The notes below the pieces were generated by a model. It had not been told where the DNA came from. It did not search any database and worked only from the letters and a program-made list of their open reading frames with translations. Source: Alphaproteobacteria bacterium (lineage in GTDB: Bacteria > Pseudomonadota > Alphaproteobacteria > SP197). From it: a stretch of DNA of 64,000 bases. The DNA lies in contig OZ245842.1 in the NCBI GenBank assembly GCA_965228895.1, positions 5,216,001 through 5,280,000 on the forward strand. Reading direction: 5' to 3'. Within the stretch, counting starts at the first letter, position 1; every line of letters starts with the position of its first letter. Of this stretch, positions 38,652 through 47,755 are shown one piece after another. A program made the position numbers and the translations under genes.

Positions 38652-39712
38652 GCTACCCACACCCATTCATCCCAGACGCCGATCAGCCCACGCTCCTGCA
38701 AGCCCTCAGACGCACGCTTGAACGCCTTTGACCTGGTGTCGGCCTTGTCGCTCGTGGTCACGATTCCGAGGTCGCAGTAGCGCCGCCACAGCGCCACGCT
38801 TACTGCCTGTGTGTTTGGTGGGATGTGGTTGCTAGCTGGAGGCACCTTGCCGCTCTCATCGATGGCCTTCTGGAGCATCTTGAGTGCGTTCTGCTGCTGC
38901 GCAGGTGGCTTCTTGCTCGTCTGGCGTTTGGCGGGCTCATAATCGTCCACTGGATCAACGACGCATGACGTTATCTCGTCACCATCCACGTCCTCACCGA
39001 CGACAACCTGCCTGATGGCGCTGGCCCACTGCGTACCGTCCTCGGTATCACGCATGGCACGCACCTCCGCGATGGTTTGGTTCTGCTTGTCCTTCTGGAC
39101 GGCAATCTCAGCATCCAGAGCGCCCAGGAGCGACGTGTGACCACGGTAGCGGGTTTCATCGAGGCCGCAGTGGTGCACGACGACCGCAGTGCAGTTGAAC
39201 GCGTTTCTGATCATGTCCAGCGCACCGATGTAGGCCGTCATGTCCGTGTCGGAACTCTCGGATCCGGTGAACGTCCTGTTCAACGTATCGACGATGACGA
39301 GAACGGGCGGCTCGTCCATCTGCATGGCGATGCTGTTGATGAGCTCGTCTTTCTGGTGAACGAGTTCCAGGCGAACCGTAATGAGCTTCAGGGGCGTCTC
39401 CGCTGCACCCTCGGCCATCTTCTCCTGGCGAAAGGCTTCAACGCGCTTGGCGAGCCCGCCACCGCCTTCAGCGGCTATGTAAAGGACGGGTCCTTGCACG
39501 ACACGGCGGCCACGGTACTCCCAGCCCAGCGCGACATGCATGCAGAGGTCGAAGGCAAGGAAGGACTTCCCGGACTTCGGCGGTCCCCACCACACGACAA
39601 TACCGTTCTTCGGAACGATGCCCTTGACGATGTAGTCGCGCTCATCGGACAGACGTACGTCGTCGAAATTGACGATTGGGATGGTGGGCAAATCCACTTC
39701 TCGAAGAGTCAT
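38648..39712 (-). CDS. RepA/AAA_25 (RecA-fold, SF4-like) replicative helicase
   Basis: Walker A GPPKSGKS, LYIAAEG, Walker B VIVDT, VVHH, RGHTSL.GA.D. Confidence 0.9.
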   Translation of the reverse strand: MTLREVDLPTIPIVNFDDVRLSDERDYIVKGIVPKNGIVVWWGPPKSGKSFLAFDLCMHVALGWEYRGRRVVQGPVLYIAAEGGGGLAKRVEAFRQEKMAEGAAETPLKLITVRLELVHQKDELINSIAMQMDEPPVLVIVDTLNRTFTGSESSDTDMTAYIGALDMIRNAFNCTAVVVHHCGLDETRYRGHTSLLGALDAEIAVQKDKQNQTIAEVRAMRDTEDGTQWASAIRQVVVGEDVDGDEITSCVVDPVDDYEPAKRQTSKKPPAQQQNALKMLQKAIDESGKVPPASNHIPPNTQAVSVALWRRYCDLGIVTTSDKADTRSKAFKRASEGLQERGLIGVWDEWVWVA

Positions 39713-40209
39713 GCAGCCACCTTCATGGTGTCGTTGAACACCACCTTCGGCACGACGCCAGTCACGCCCTCAAACGCCCTACGTACCGCTCGACCATGCC
39801 CGAAGTGGTCGCACTCCAGCGTCAGGCGCGGCGTGCCACAGAACAGTTCCGCCAGCACCGTAATGTCGACGGCGCAGAGGTCGTCTGTGTTGCGCAGCCA
39901 TGCCGACACGTAGCGGTGCACGCGGACGGTGCCGTGCCTGAACATCGGATTGCCCAGCAGCCGCGCTTGGCCGGTCAGGAGGTGAACATCGGCCGGCCTG
40001 GCAGGGTCGAGGGCGATGCAGTCAACTAGTCGCCCGTCCCAGGGATCGAAGCATGGGACAACGAGGTGACGCTTGCCGTCGCAATCGTCGAGGGCGGCGA
40101 CATGGCCGTCGAGAAACGCGTCCCATAGGTCCAGTGACTTGATGAACGCCGCACCGTTATCGAAGGCCGTGTATTCCTTGGCTGCCAGGATGGAGTCGTG
40201 CGGGGTCAT
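39709..40209 (-). CDS. Hypothetical protein coupled to the helicase
   Basis: ATGA overlaps on both sides; 166 aa. Confidence 0.7.
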   Translation of the reverse strand: MTPHDSILAAKEYTAFDNGAAFIKSLDLWDAFLDGHVAALDDCDGKRHLVVPCFDPWDGRLVDCIALDPARPADVHLLTGQARLLGNPMFRHGTVRVHRYVSAWLRNTDDLCAVDITVLAELFCGTPRLTLECDHFGHGRAVRRAFEGVTGVVPKVVFNDTMKVAA

Positions 40210-41231
40210 GGCTGGGCCTCCATCCGCGACATGACGAAGCCGATATCTTCGAAGGCTTCGGCGAACGTGTGGGGACGACTACCCAAGTACGAAAACGCCT
40301 GTCCCTGTGTCGGAGATCCTGTATGGCCGTCACACCGCACAAATTTGATGCGCCCGCGGGTGAAGCAGATTGCTGATGCCTTTGATGCAATCCGGTGAAA
40401 CCACTCGGTGTCGGTGTAGTTGTGTGTCAACAGCACCGCCTCGGTCGTGTGCCCCGCCTCAAACTCGGCTATCAGTTTGTCGATGAACTGCACAATTGCT
40501 GGCTGAGCGTAGGGCGGATTAAGCCAGACTCGCCCGCGCCATGGTTCGTCCAGGCCGCTATGTTCAGCGGTGAAATAGTCGGTCGCCTTGACCGTCGCCT
40601 GCGCATCGGTGCTGGTCGCGGGATCGAGGTCGATTTCACCCAGAAAGTCACGAACGATCTCTATGTACTCGGCCGGTGTGTACCACTCCGTCTCGCCCGT
40701 GCCGAAGGCGCCGCGAACATGGGGTTCGTCGCGAAGGACGCGTTGAACCGTGCGCTGACTGAGGCCCGTCTCTTCGGCTATCTGGCGAGCAACGCCCGGC
40801 AGCTGCTGCGGCGACTTACTTTGCCCACGCGCATCGACACCTGGGTGCGACATTCTGTCGCGGCCAGCTTCGCGGCGTTTTTCGAGAAGCTCTGCATATC
40901 GTCGGATATGCCGGTCGCGTTCGTCCTTGGTCAAATCGACGCGGTGGAGATTTTCGGCCAACTCCCAGAGTTCGCGCTCGTCCTCATCGATGTCGAGAAA
41001 CCGGACGGGTACGAACTCCCATTCAAGCCTGCGACAAGCCTCTAGGCGATGGTGGCCTGCAACCAGACGTACACCGTCTTCAGCGAGACAAACATCAATG
41101 GGAGTTTGAAGACCAATATCGTCAATCGACTTTGCAATGGCACCGATACGGTCGGGACGAACGGCGCGATGACGGTCGCCAATCTTGATTGCGTCGAGAC
41201 GGATATCGGCGACGCCCTTTTCGATAATCAT
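40206..41231 (-). CDS. ParB/Srx-domain + phage-type DNA N6-adenine methyltransferase fusion
   Basis: IGLQTPI, LVAGHHRLEA, LAENLHR.DLT (ParB); HTH-like linker; EWYTP, DLDPAT, VWLNPPY (Dam-type MTase). Confidence 0.88.
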   Translation of the reverse strand: MIIEKGVADIRLDAIKIGDRHRAVRPDRIGAIAKSIDDIGLQTPIDVCLAEDGVRLVAGHHRLEACRRLEWEFVPVRFLDIDEDERELWELAENLHRVDLTKDERDRHIRRYAELLEKRREAGRDRMSHPGVDARGQSKSPQQLPGVARQIAEETGLSQRTVQRVLRDEPHVRGAFGTGETEWYTPAEYIEIVRDFLGEIDLDPATSTDAQATVKATDYFTAEHSGLDEPWRGRVWLNPPYAQPAIVQFIDKLIAEFEAGHTTEAVLLTHNYTDTEWFHRIASKASAICFTRGRIKFVRCDGHTGSPTQGQAFSYLGSRPHTFAEAFEDIGFVMSRMEAQP

Positions 41232-41416
41232 TACGCCGCCTCCTCGAAGAGAGACCGCGCGAGTTCATCGACTATCGGCCGAATGATGTCGCCGACATGT
41301 TGAAATGAGGTGAGAGGTTCGCTATCTTCAAAACGCTGTAGTTTGCTGTGCTGTACAAAACATTCTGAAGCCCCCGGTGCCTCACCTCGCCGGGGGTTTC
41401 GTGTATCTGGCTCCAT
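41231..41416 (-). CDS. Small hypothetical protein
   Basis: Fills the alpA-ParB gap with a TAATG overlap; C-terminal FQHVGDII..IV. Confidence 0.5.
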   Translation of the reverse strand: MEPDTRNPRRGEAPGASECFVQHSKLQRFEDSEPLTSFQHVGDIIRPIVDELARSLFEEAA

Positions 41417-41419
41417 GGA

Positions 41420-41620
41420 TCATGCTGCCTCGTCGCCGTCGCGTTCAGCGATACGGTCGGCGATCCACCGATCAACCTCGTCTTCGACAAAGCCGATCTT
41501 CGTTGGACTTAAGACAACTGGCTTGGGGAAGCGGCCTTGACGGACCAAGCGCATAATCGATTCCGGATGGTACCCACCCGAACGCTTCGCCGCTTCCTTC
41601 TTGGTTATGATGCACGACAT
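41420..41620 (-). CDS. alpA: AlpA family regulator / excisionase
   Basis: 66 aa; GRFPKPVVLS...GFVEDEVDRWI signature; GGAG RBS. Confidence 0.9.
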   Translation of the reverse strand: MSCIITKKEAAKRSGGYHPESIMRLVRQGRFPKPVVLSPTKIGFVEDEVDRWIADRIAERDGDEAA

Positions 41621-41718
41621 TGTTGAGGTATCTCCCAACAGGTTGAGGGAGACATCCAATTAGCGCCGTAGTCGGGCTCTGTCGTCGAGCTACCCCGGCA
41701 AGTTTTGCAGGGGGTTAA

Positions 41719-42393
41719 TCACGCGTTGTGTCTGCGCTGGTAGCGGTTGGCGATTTCATTGATCTGGTCTGAAATCTCTTGGCGACGTTCGGCAATCTGC
41801 TCCTCGCTGAACTTAGCCCGGATCTCTGGCAACAACAGTTGCGCTAGTTCACGGTTCAGGGGTGTGACTTGCTCAAAGTAGGACCAGTTGCGATCCGAGG
41901 TCTCAGTGCTCTGGTCGATATCCGTCTTTCCGACGGTGTCCTGAACGTGAAACGCTAACTCATCGTAGGCTCGCTTGCGGTCGTCGCCGCGGTAGTGGTC
42001 AACAACCACCTGGTAGCATGTGCGAGCAAGCTGGCTATCGGGTTCATTGAAGTTGAGCCGGAAGGTGTTGCGGGCGACGTTCTCTTTCGGCCACCGGCTC
42101 TCCAGGTCCGCTAGAATCTCTAAGGCGTGTCCAACGGCATAGGCTGCATCGGCGACCGGGTCGTGGATCTGATGAGTGAACCGCACGTTCCTACCGACTT
42201 CTGACAGTTTCGTTTGCGCTTTGGTAAGGCGCTTTCGCTCAGCTGCGAGATCACTGCGAATCTCACTCAGGCGTGGTGAACCCCCATCTGCCGATGACAC
42301 CTCTCGATACATGGCGACAGTCAGTTCGATTGATTTTCGGAACTCCGAAACATCGGCAGGCCCAAAGAGGTCGATAAGCTCGTCAACTGTCAT
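41719..42393 (-). CDS. Hypothetical protein downstream of integrase (224 aa)
   Basis: ATGA overlap with the integrase stop. Confidence 0.7.
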   Translation of the reverse strand: MTVDELIDLFGPADVSEFRKSIELTVAMYREVSSADGGSPRLSEIRSDLAAERKRLTKAQTKLSEVGRNVRFTHQIHDPVADAAYAVGHALEILADLESRWPKENVARNTFRLNFNEPDSQLARTCYQVVVDHYRGDDRKRAYDELAFHVQDTVGKTDIDQSTETSDRNWSYFEQVTPLNRELAQLLLPEIRAKFSEEQIAERRQEISDQINEIANRYQRRHNA

Positions 42394-43628
42394 GCCAGCA
42401 CGCTGACACCATCGCCGACAACGACACCTTCGACATGACCGGCCCAGCGTTCTATCCACTGGCGCTTGAGGTCCAAGCTGTAGCCATGGCTGTATGCGTC
42501 GGTCACGGAACCGGAACCGGCGTGGTTGAGAACAAGTCCGCGCTCGTACTCGGATGCGCCCTCGTTCTGCATCCAGGTGGTGATGGTGCGACGATGGTTG
42601 TGGGGTATCCAGTCCTCAACGCCACTAGCCTTCCGCACCTTGCGCATGAGGGGCGAGCTCGGGTGGATGGGCTTTTTCTTGTGGCGTCCGGGAAACACCA
42701 GTGGTTCGTCGCTATCCTTTTTGCGTAGGGTCTTGAGGACGCGTGCCGCAAGGGGAGGGATAGGGACGAGGTAGACGCGCTCTTTTGCTGTCAGCTTGGA
42801 CTTGGTGCGCTCGAAGGGGATGGTCCAAAGCGTAGGCTTGTCGGGGTCGTCCAGTTCATCCCAGCGCATGCCAGCGAGTTCTAGGCGACGCACACCTAGC
42901 AACGTCACCAGCTTCACGAACCCGCGCTCTTGGGCGTTGAGATCCTCTTGTGCTGTCCACAGCCGCTTGATCTCATCGTCGTCATAGACACGTTCCCGCG
43001 CCTTTTTGGGGATGGCGGGCCGCACGCTGTCCATGATGGGCGCATCGACGATTTCCCGCTCGTAGGCGTACCGCCAGAGCGTCCTGAGCCACGAAAGGGT
43101 GACGCGGGCCTTGCTGGCCTTCTCCTCGTCTATGTAGCCCTCGATCAGCTTGAAGGCGTCGCGCCGGGTGATGGAGTTCATGGGTTTGTCGCCCCACGGG
43201 ACCGTCTCCAGGATCCTCTGCGTCTCTTCCCAGGTTCGCTGACGACGCTTGGCGTGTTTCTCGATGAACTCCTCGACCACAGCCTCGTAGGTATTGCTGC
43301 GCGCTTCAGCGGCGGCCTCTCGTTCGCGTTTGACAGCGTCGCGAGGGTCTAGGCCCTGCTCGGCCTCCCTGGCGAACCCACGGGCCTTCTCGCGGGCCTC
43401 TGCGATCCCGATGGAGGGATAGGACCCAAAGGTCATCTTGTGCTGCCTGCCGTCGAGCCTGAAGAAGTAGACCCAGGATGTCTTGCGCGTGCCGATGCGA
43501 GCACATAACCCCTTCTCAACCTCGTCGAACTTATCAACGCGTCCGGTCTTCGGACGCTTGGCCTCCAGTATCTTCTGGGTCAGGACATAGCTCTTGGGCG
43601 CCTTGCGTTCGCTTTTCTGATTGCCCAT
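42390..43628 (-). CDS. int: Tyrosine recombinase/integrase with N-terminal arm-binding domain
   Basis: GLCARIG..SWVYFFR.DG....TFGSYP.IGIAEAR arm domain; catalytic R (GVRRLE), K (RTK), H-x-x-R (HNHRRT), H (LNH), Y (DAY). Adjacent to attR. Confidence 0.96.
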   Translation of the reverse strand: MGNQKSERKAPKSYVLTQKILEAKRPKTGRVDKFDEVEKGLCARIGTRKTSWVYFFRLDGRQHKMTFGSYPSIGIAEAREKARGFAREAEQGLDPRDAVKREREAAAEARSNTYEAVVEEFIEKHAKRRQRTWEETQRILETVPWGDKPMNSITRRDAFKLIEGYIDEEKASKARVTLSWLRTLWRYAYEREIVDAPIMDSVRPAIPKKARERVYDDDEIKRLWTAQEDLNAQERGFVKLVTLLGVRRLELAGMRWDELDDPDKPTLWTIPFERTKSKLTAKERVYLVPIPPLAARVLKTLRKKDSDEPLVFPGRHKKKPIHPSSPLMRKVRKASGVEDWIPHNHRRTITTWMQNEGASEYERGLVLNHAGSGSVTDAYSHGYSLDLKRQWIERWAGHVEGVVVGDGVSVLA

Positions 43629-43652
43629 CAGTCGCTCACCAAAATCGTGAAT

Positions 43653-43670
43653 GGGTAACAAACGGGTAAC
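43653..43670 (+). promoter_or_regulatory. Putative integrase arm-type sites (right)
   Basis: GGGTAAC x2 (43653-59, 43664-70) between the int start and attR. Confidence 0.65.
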
Positions 43671-43787
43671 AGAATGGTGGTGTAGGCCCGTTTTCGTATG
43701 CTGAGCTATGTTGATATAGGCAGTTGAAAAAGCAAGGTAATCTGGTGATGAGGCTGAGTTGGGTTGAGAATTGTTGAGGGCAAAAAG

Positions 43788-43836
43788 CTGATTCGTAATC
43801 AGTAGGTCGGGAGTTCGAATCTCCCCTTCGGCACCA
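43788..43836 (+). repeat. attR (49-bp duplicate of tRNA-Thr 3' part)
   Basis: Identical to 28226-28274. Confidence 0.97.
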
Positions 43837-44000
43837 CTCGTCGCCTTCATAGAAAGATGCTGTGTGCTGTGCCTCTTTCGTAACCGGCGCTGTGTTGCGC
43901 ATGTTGTCGAGACGCTGTTTGTGCCGGAGATGCGGGCGGTGATCGCCTATGAAATGACGATCGTGGCCACGCTCGGGGATACGGTGGGAACCGCTCCGCC

Positions 44001-44612
44001 ATGGTAACGGCCATCCTCGCAGCCATTGGCTTCTCGGCTCTTCTCGTAACCTTATCCTACGGCGTGCATCATCGGCTGCTCGGTCCCGGCCAGCGCATCC
44101 AGCCCTACGACCTCGCCTTGACAGTCACTGCTGTGTTCCTGCTGGCGATCCTTGGCGAATCCCTCATCAATCCGATCTACGAGTGGTCCGTGGGCCGGAA
44201 GCTGTGGGAGTACCGCATTCTTCCTCTGCATGATGGCAATGTGTCTGCGCTGGCGGTGCTGATTTGGTCCGCCTATGGCATTCATCTCTATTTCATCCAG
44301 CGAACTCTGGATCACCGTTTGCCGCCTCGCTTGCGCAACAGATACGGCAAGGCGTTGATTATCGGGCTGGAGGCACCTCTCGTCTGGGAGGTGAGCGGCA
44401 ACCTCTTCTTCCTGATCGCGGCCCAACAATACTATGCCTACTATAACCCGCCCGACATCTGGCATTTCACCTCTATCCAGGTTGTGCCGGTGTACATCGT
44501 TTGCATTCTTGTCGGCCTTCTTGTGCTGCAGTCGCTTCAGCGTTTGGGCCGTCATTGGGCGTTGCCGTCGGCGCTGCTCATTGCAGGTCTCGGGTACCTT
44601 ATCGCGAGCTGA
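44001..44612 (+). CDS. Multi-pass membrane hypothetical protein
   Basis: About 6 hydrophobic segments, with WEY and YYAYY loops. Confidence 0.75.
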   Translation: MVTAILAAIGFSALLVTLSYGVHHRLLGPGQRIQPYDLALTVTAVFLLAILGESLINPIYEWSVGRKLWEYRILPLHDGNVSALAVLIWSAYGIHLYFIQRTLDHRLPPRLRNRYGKALIIGLEAPLVWEVSGNLFFLIAAQQYYAYYNPPDIWHFTSIQVVPVYIVCILVGLLVLQSLQRLGRHWALPSALLIAGLGYLIAS

Positions 44613-44699
44613 CGTGGTGTGACGTCTGTCCGTTCGGAGGTCTGGCCACTACGTCGGTCGTTGGTTCCTTGGGCGTGGGGGCCGCCGTCTCTTTTTTGC

Positions 44700-45908
44700 T
44701 TACAGCGTTCTCAGATGATCGGGCAGTTCAAAGGCCCGCCCCTGATCGCTCGCGGACAAGGCGGCCAACCTGACCAGCAGGTGGCGCGCGACATACTCGC
44801 AAGCGTGCGGCAGTCGAGCCTGCCCCGCAATTGGTATGCGGTGTTGACGGTTAAGCAGATGGGCCAGCTGGAGCGGCAGTACGTTCCAAAGTCTGGTGAT
44901 CTTGCCGGCCTTGCCCATGCCCAGAAGCTCGCAGTCCTCAGCACCCATCAGGTCGAAGGTGATCTGTCGGGGAATGGAGCGCAGGTACCATGGCAACAGG
45001 CTTTCCGTGAACCGCAGCAGGGCTTGCTCCAACTGCTCGCCGTGCGCGGTCTGCGCGCGCTGTCGATCTTTCAGGAGCGCGAAGAGCGCGCCGGCCTGTT
45101 CGACATCGCGCGGCAGGAGATCGTCGTCCACACCGAGCAGGTGACCCACCACGCTCCAGGTGTGGACGTAGTCGTCCTGTTGTTCTTGGGATAGTTCGAC
45201 ACCAAGCTGGGTCAGACCGCGCACGATCACGTAGGAGAACGTCTGGAGTGTCAGGGCCATGACGCATTGGTTGATGGGACTGGTGTCGCCATAACGCCCG
45301 CCTGCCAAGCGTTGCGCTAGATGATGGCCGGGCTCGGCCTGCTCCGCGCCCTGTCTTGCACGGATCAGATGCCGGATCGCCGCGTGCATCAGCCTGATCT
45401 TGTGGATTCCCAGCACGCCCGACCGTTCAGGACCGGTCAAGCTACCTGGCGACATGACCAGAATGAGGAACTGGAGCGTTTCAACGATGCGGCGATGGGC
45501 ATCGTCCTCCAGCCGGTGAGTAACGCCCAGAATGGAGGCGATGTCGCGGCTGATGTAGCACTCAGGCAAGCTGGCGCCGGCCATGACCACGTAGGTGGTG
45601 AATTGGTGCTCCTGAAACACCGCGGCAGCGTCGTCAAGGCGTGCCTGGTCGGCCCACGCCGGCAGGCGTGCCGCGCGGGCATCCTCAAAATAGGCGTGCA
45701 GTTCGCTCAGCAGGGGTGTGGGAAGATCGCATGTGTTCACCGTCAGACGGGTGATGTCGCCATAGCCGGCGCATGTCTGCAGGATGTGGCTCACCGCGCG
45801 CAGACTGTGGGTCTCGAAAATGCGCGTGATCAAGGCATCGGCCATCGGGTCCACCGGCCAAGCCTGTTCCAGACGATCGAGTGTCTCGGTCGTCGGTAGG
45901 TGCTGCAT
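44700..45908 (-). CDS. Oxygenase MpaB / DUF2236 (Lcp-like) family protein
   Basis: DPMADA, RRIVETLQF, IRLMHAAIRH (heme His), PINQ, WSVVGHLLGV. Confidence 0.85.
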   Translation of the reverse strand: MQHLPTTETLDRLEQAWPVDPMADALITRIFETHSLRAVSHILQTCAGYGDITRLTVNTCDLPTPLLSELHAYFEDARAARLPAWADQARLDDAAAVFQEHQFTTYVVMAGASLPECYISRDIASILGVTHRLEDDAHRRIVETLQFLILVMSPGSLTGPERSGVLGIHKIRLMHAAIRHLIRARQGAEQAEPGHHLAQRLAGGRYGDTSPINQCVMALTLQTFSYVIVRGLTQLGVELSQEQQDDYVHTWSVVGHLLGVDDDLLPRDVEQAGALFALLKDRQRAQTAHGEQLEQALLRFTESLLPWYLRSIPRQITFDLMGAEDCELLGMGKAGKITRLWNVLPLQLAHLLNRQHRIPIAGQARLPHACEYVARHLLVRLAALSASDQGRAFELPDHLRTL

Positions 45909-46083
45909 TGTCGGCGAGAACCTTGGGCGTGTTTCCTACGTGCTCGCGAGGCGTGACGACCAACTCCACGAAACGCCGAGCCACAGGCGATGTCTCACAA
46001 GTGTCCGTCATGCTCAAGCCCCGCTTTGTCGTATCGACCGACGGCGGATGGGACCAAGATTGGCGGGCCACAGCCGCGACATC

Positions 46084-46187
46084 AGCTTCCGCGCCCATCA
46101 ACGCACGGGTTCGTCGACGTCGTTCGGCGATAGACCGATTGAATCTCAATCAATCGGTCGAGTGTTCGAATCGCCCCTTCGGCACCA
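46084..46187 (+). pseudogene. Diverged full-length tRNA-Thr copy with duplicated 5' leader (tRNA-like body 46113-46187, anticodon position CTC)
   Basis: 46084-46113 is identical to 28171-28200. The body aligns without gaps at 57/75 identity and keeps TTCGAAT and the CCA end. Confidence 0.85.
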
Positions 46188-46354
46188 GCGCCCCGGCGGT
46201 CGACCGGCTGCCAGCCGGCCTATCCCAACGTAGAGTTTGACCTATTCCAAAGAGTTAGCCCTTTCGGGAGTGGCGTGATCGCTGTCACAGGGGGTGAGAT
46301 TTACGGTGTCCGGGATTTGACGTAGTCTAAGAAAAATTTCCGGGATGAACAGCC

Positions 46355-46768
46355 ATGACAAATCAGTCAGCACCGGCGCAGCCGGTCAAGAAACCGGAGC
46401 GCAGTTCTACACCTTATCTTATCGGTATATTTGGTGCGGCCATGACAATCCTGATGGTTGTCATGATCGGTTCTATAAAAGACTTAAGGTCGGATCTCAC
46501 AGTCCTCGATACGTCGCTGGTTACTCTTCAAGAGGAGATCGTAGCCAACCGTATTGCTGTGGTGAGCGAGGTCGCCGGCATCGATGATGGTATAGCCAGT
46601 TCGATAGGCGACCTGCGGACGGACGTCGCGGTTACCAACCAGCAGCTTCTGGGCATTGACCTGCATCTGTCGGCCATGCGTCAGGAACTGGCGCCGGCGA
46701 CCGCCGAGTTCTCGCGTGACGTCGAGACGGTCGCGCCGGTCAACGATCGCAACACGCGCGACAAGTAG
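46355..46768 (+). CDS. Membrane-anchored coiled-coil hypothetical protein
   Basis: One TM (YLIGIFGAAMTILMVVMI) followed by heptads. Confidence 0.65.
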   Translation: MTNQSAPAQPVKKPERSSTPYLIGIFGAAMTILMVVMIGSIKDLRSDLTVLDTSLVTLQEEIVANRIAVVSEVAGIDDGIASSIGDLRTDVAVTNQQLLGIDLHLSAMRQELAPATAEFSRDVETVAPVNDRNTRDK

Positions 46769-46807
46769 ACTGAAGTTGAGACGCGCCTGAATCCGAGGCG
46801 CCGCGGG

Positions 46808-47755
46808 TCAGGTCGATGCAGAGGCGTCGCCCAAGACAGGGGCGGCTTCATCATAGGTCCGTTTGATACCCGCCTTCAGCGGGATCTGGGCCTGCCAGCC
46901 CAAGGCGCTCAGGCGTCCGACATCCAAGAGTTTCCGCGGCGTGCCATCCGGTTTGCCGCTGTCGTAAACAATTGTGCCCTCGAACCCCGCGATGTCGCCA
47001 ATCATCGCGGCCAGCTCGGCGATCGAGATATCCTTGCCGGTGCCGATGTTGATGATGTCCGGCTCGTCATAGGCCTGCATCAAGAAGAGGCAAGCGTCGG
47101 CCAGATCGTCGACATGGATGAACTCGCGCTGCGGCCGGCCCGTGCCCCACACCACGACCTCATCGTCGCCGCGCCGGACGGCTTCGTGGAACTTGCGGAT
47201 CAGGGCAGCCAGGACATGGCTGGTCTCCGGATCATAGTTGTCGCCCGGGCCGAACACGTTGGTCGGCTGGGTGCAGATGGCGTTGAAACCGTACTGCTGG
47301 CGATAGGCCTGACACATCTTGATGCCGGCAATCTTGGCGATGGCGTACCACTGGTTGGTCGGCTCCAAGGGGCCGGTCAGCAAATAGTCTTCCTTGATCG
47401 GCTGGGCGGCATCGCGCGGATAGATGCAGGATGAGCCTAGGAACAGCAGCTTCTCAGCCCCGCTGCGCCACGCCGCGTCGATGACGTTGGTCTGGATCGC
47501 CAGGTTGTCGCGGATGAAGTCGGCGGGATAGCTGTCGTTGGCCAGGATGCCGCCGACCTTGGCGGCGGCAAGGAACACGTGGCTCGGCCGCTCGGCCTCG
47601 AAAAAAGCCCGCACGGCCGCCTGGTCGGTCAGGTCGAGTTGACCGTGCGTCCGGGTGATCGGCGCGGCAAAACCTTCCGCCTGAAGGCGGCGAACGATCG
47701 CCTGGCCGACCATGCCGCGATGGCCGGCGACATAGATCCTGGCGTCCTTATCCAT
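46808..47755 (-). CDS. fcl: GDP-L-fucose synthase
   Basis: [38 protein letters not shown]. Confidence 0.95.
   Translation of the reverse strand: MDKDARIYVAGHRGMVGQAIVRRLQAEGFAAPITRTHGQLDLTDQAAVRAFFEAERPSHVFLAAAKVGGILANDSYPADFIRDNLAIQTNVIDAAWRSGAEKLLFLGSSCIYPRDAAQPIKEDYLLTGPLEPTNQWYAIAKIAGIKMCQAYRQQYGFNAICTQPTNVFGPGDNYDPETSHVLAALIRKFHEAVRRGDDEVVVWGTGRPQREFIHVDDLADACLFLMQAYDEPDIINIGTGKDISIAELAAMIGDIAGFEGTIVYDSGKPDGTPRKLLDVGRLSALGWQAQIPLKAGIKRTYDEAAPVLGDASAST

Noticed and set aside
28275-43787. Complete prophage or gene transfer agent
   Set aside because: No recognisable capsid, portal, TerL, tail tube, lysis or CI repressor, and the size is only 15.6 kb.
43788-43836. Second functional tRNA-Thr
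   Set aside because: It lacks the 5' acceptor strand and D arm; it is attR.
42390-43850. 486-aa integrase ORF with N-terminus MKATSGAEGEIRTPDLLITNQ
   Set aside because: The extension is the antisense translation of attR (tRNA sequence). The real start is probably ATG 43628.
46113-46187. Functional tRNA-Glu(CTC)
   Set aside because: Mismatches in the acceptor, D and T stems, loss of conserved D-loop bases, a purine at position 32 and a broken promoter. Kept as a tRNA-like finding instead.
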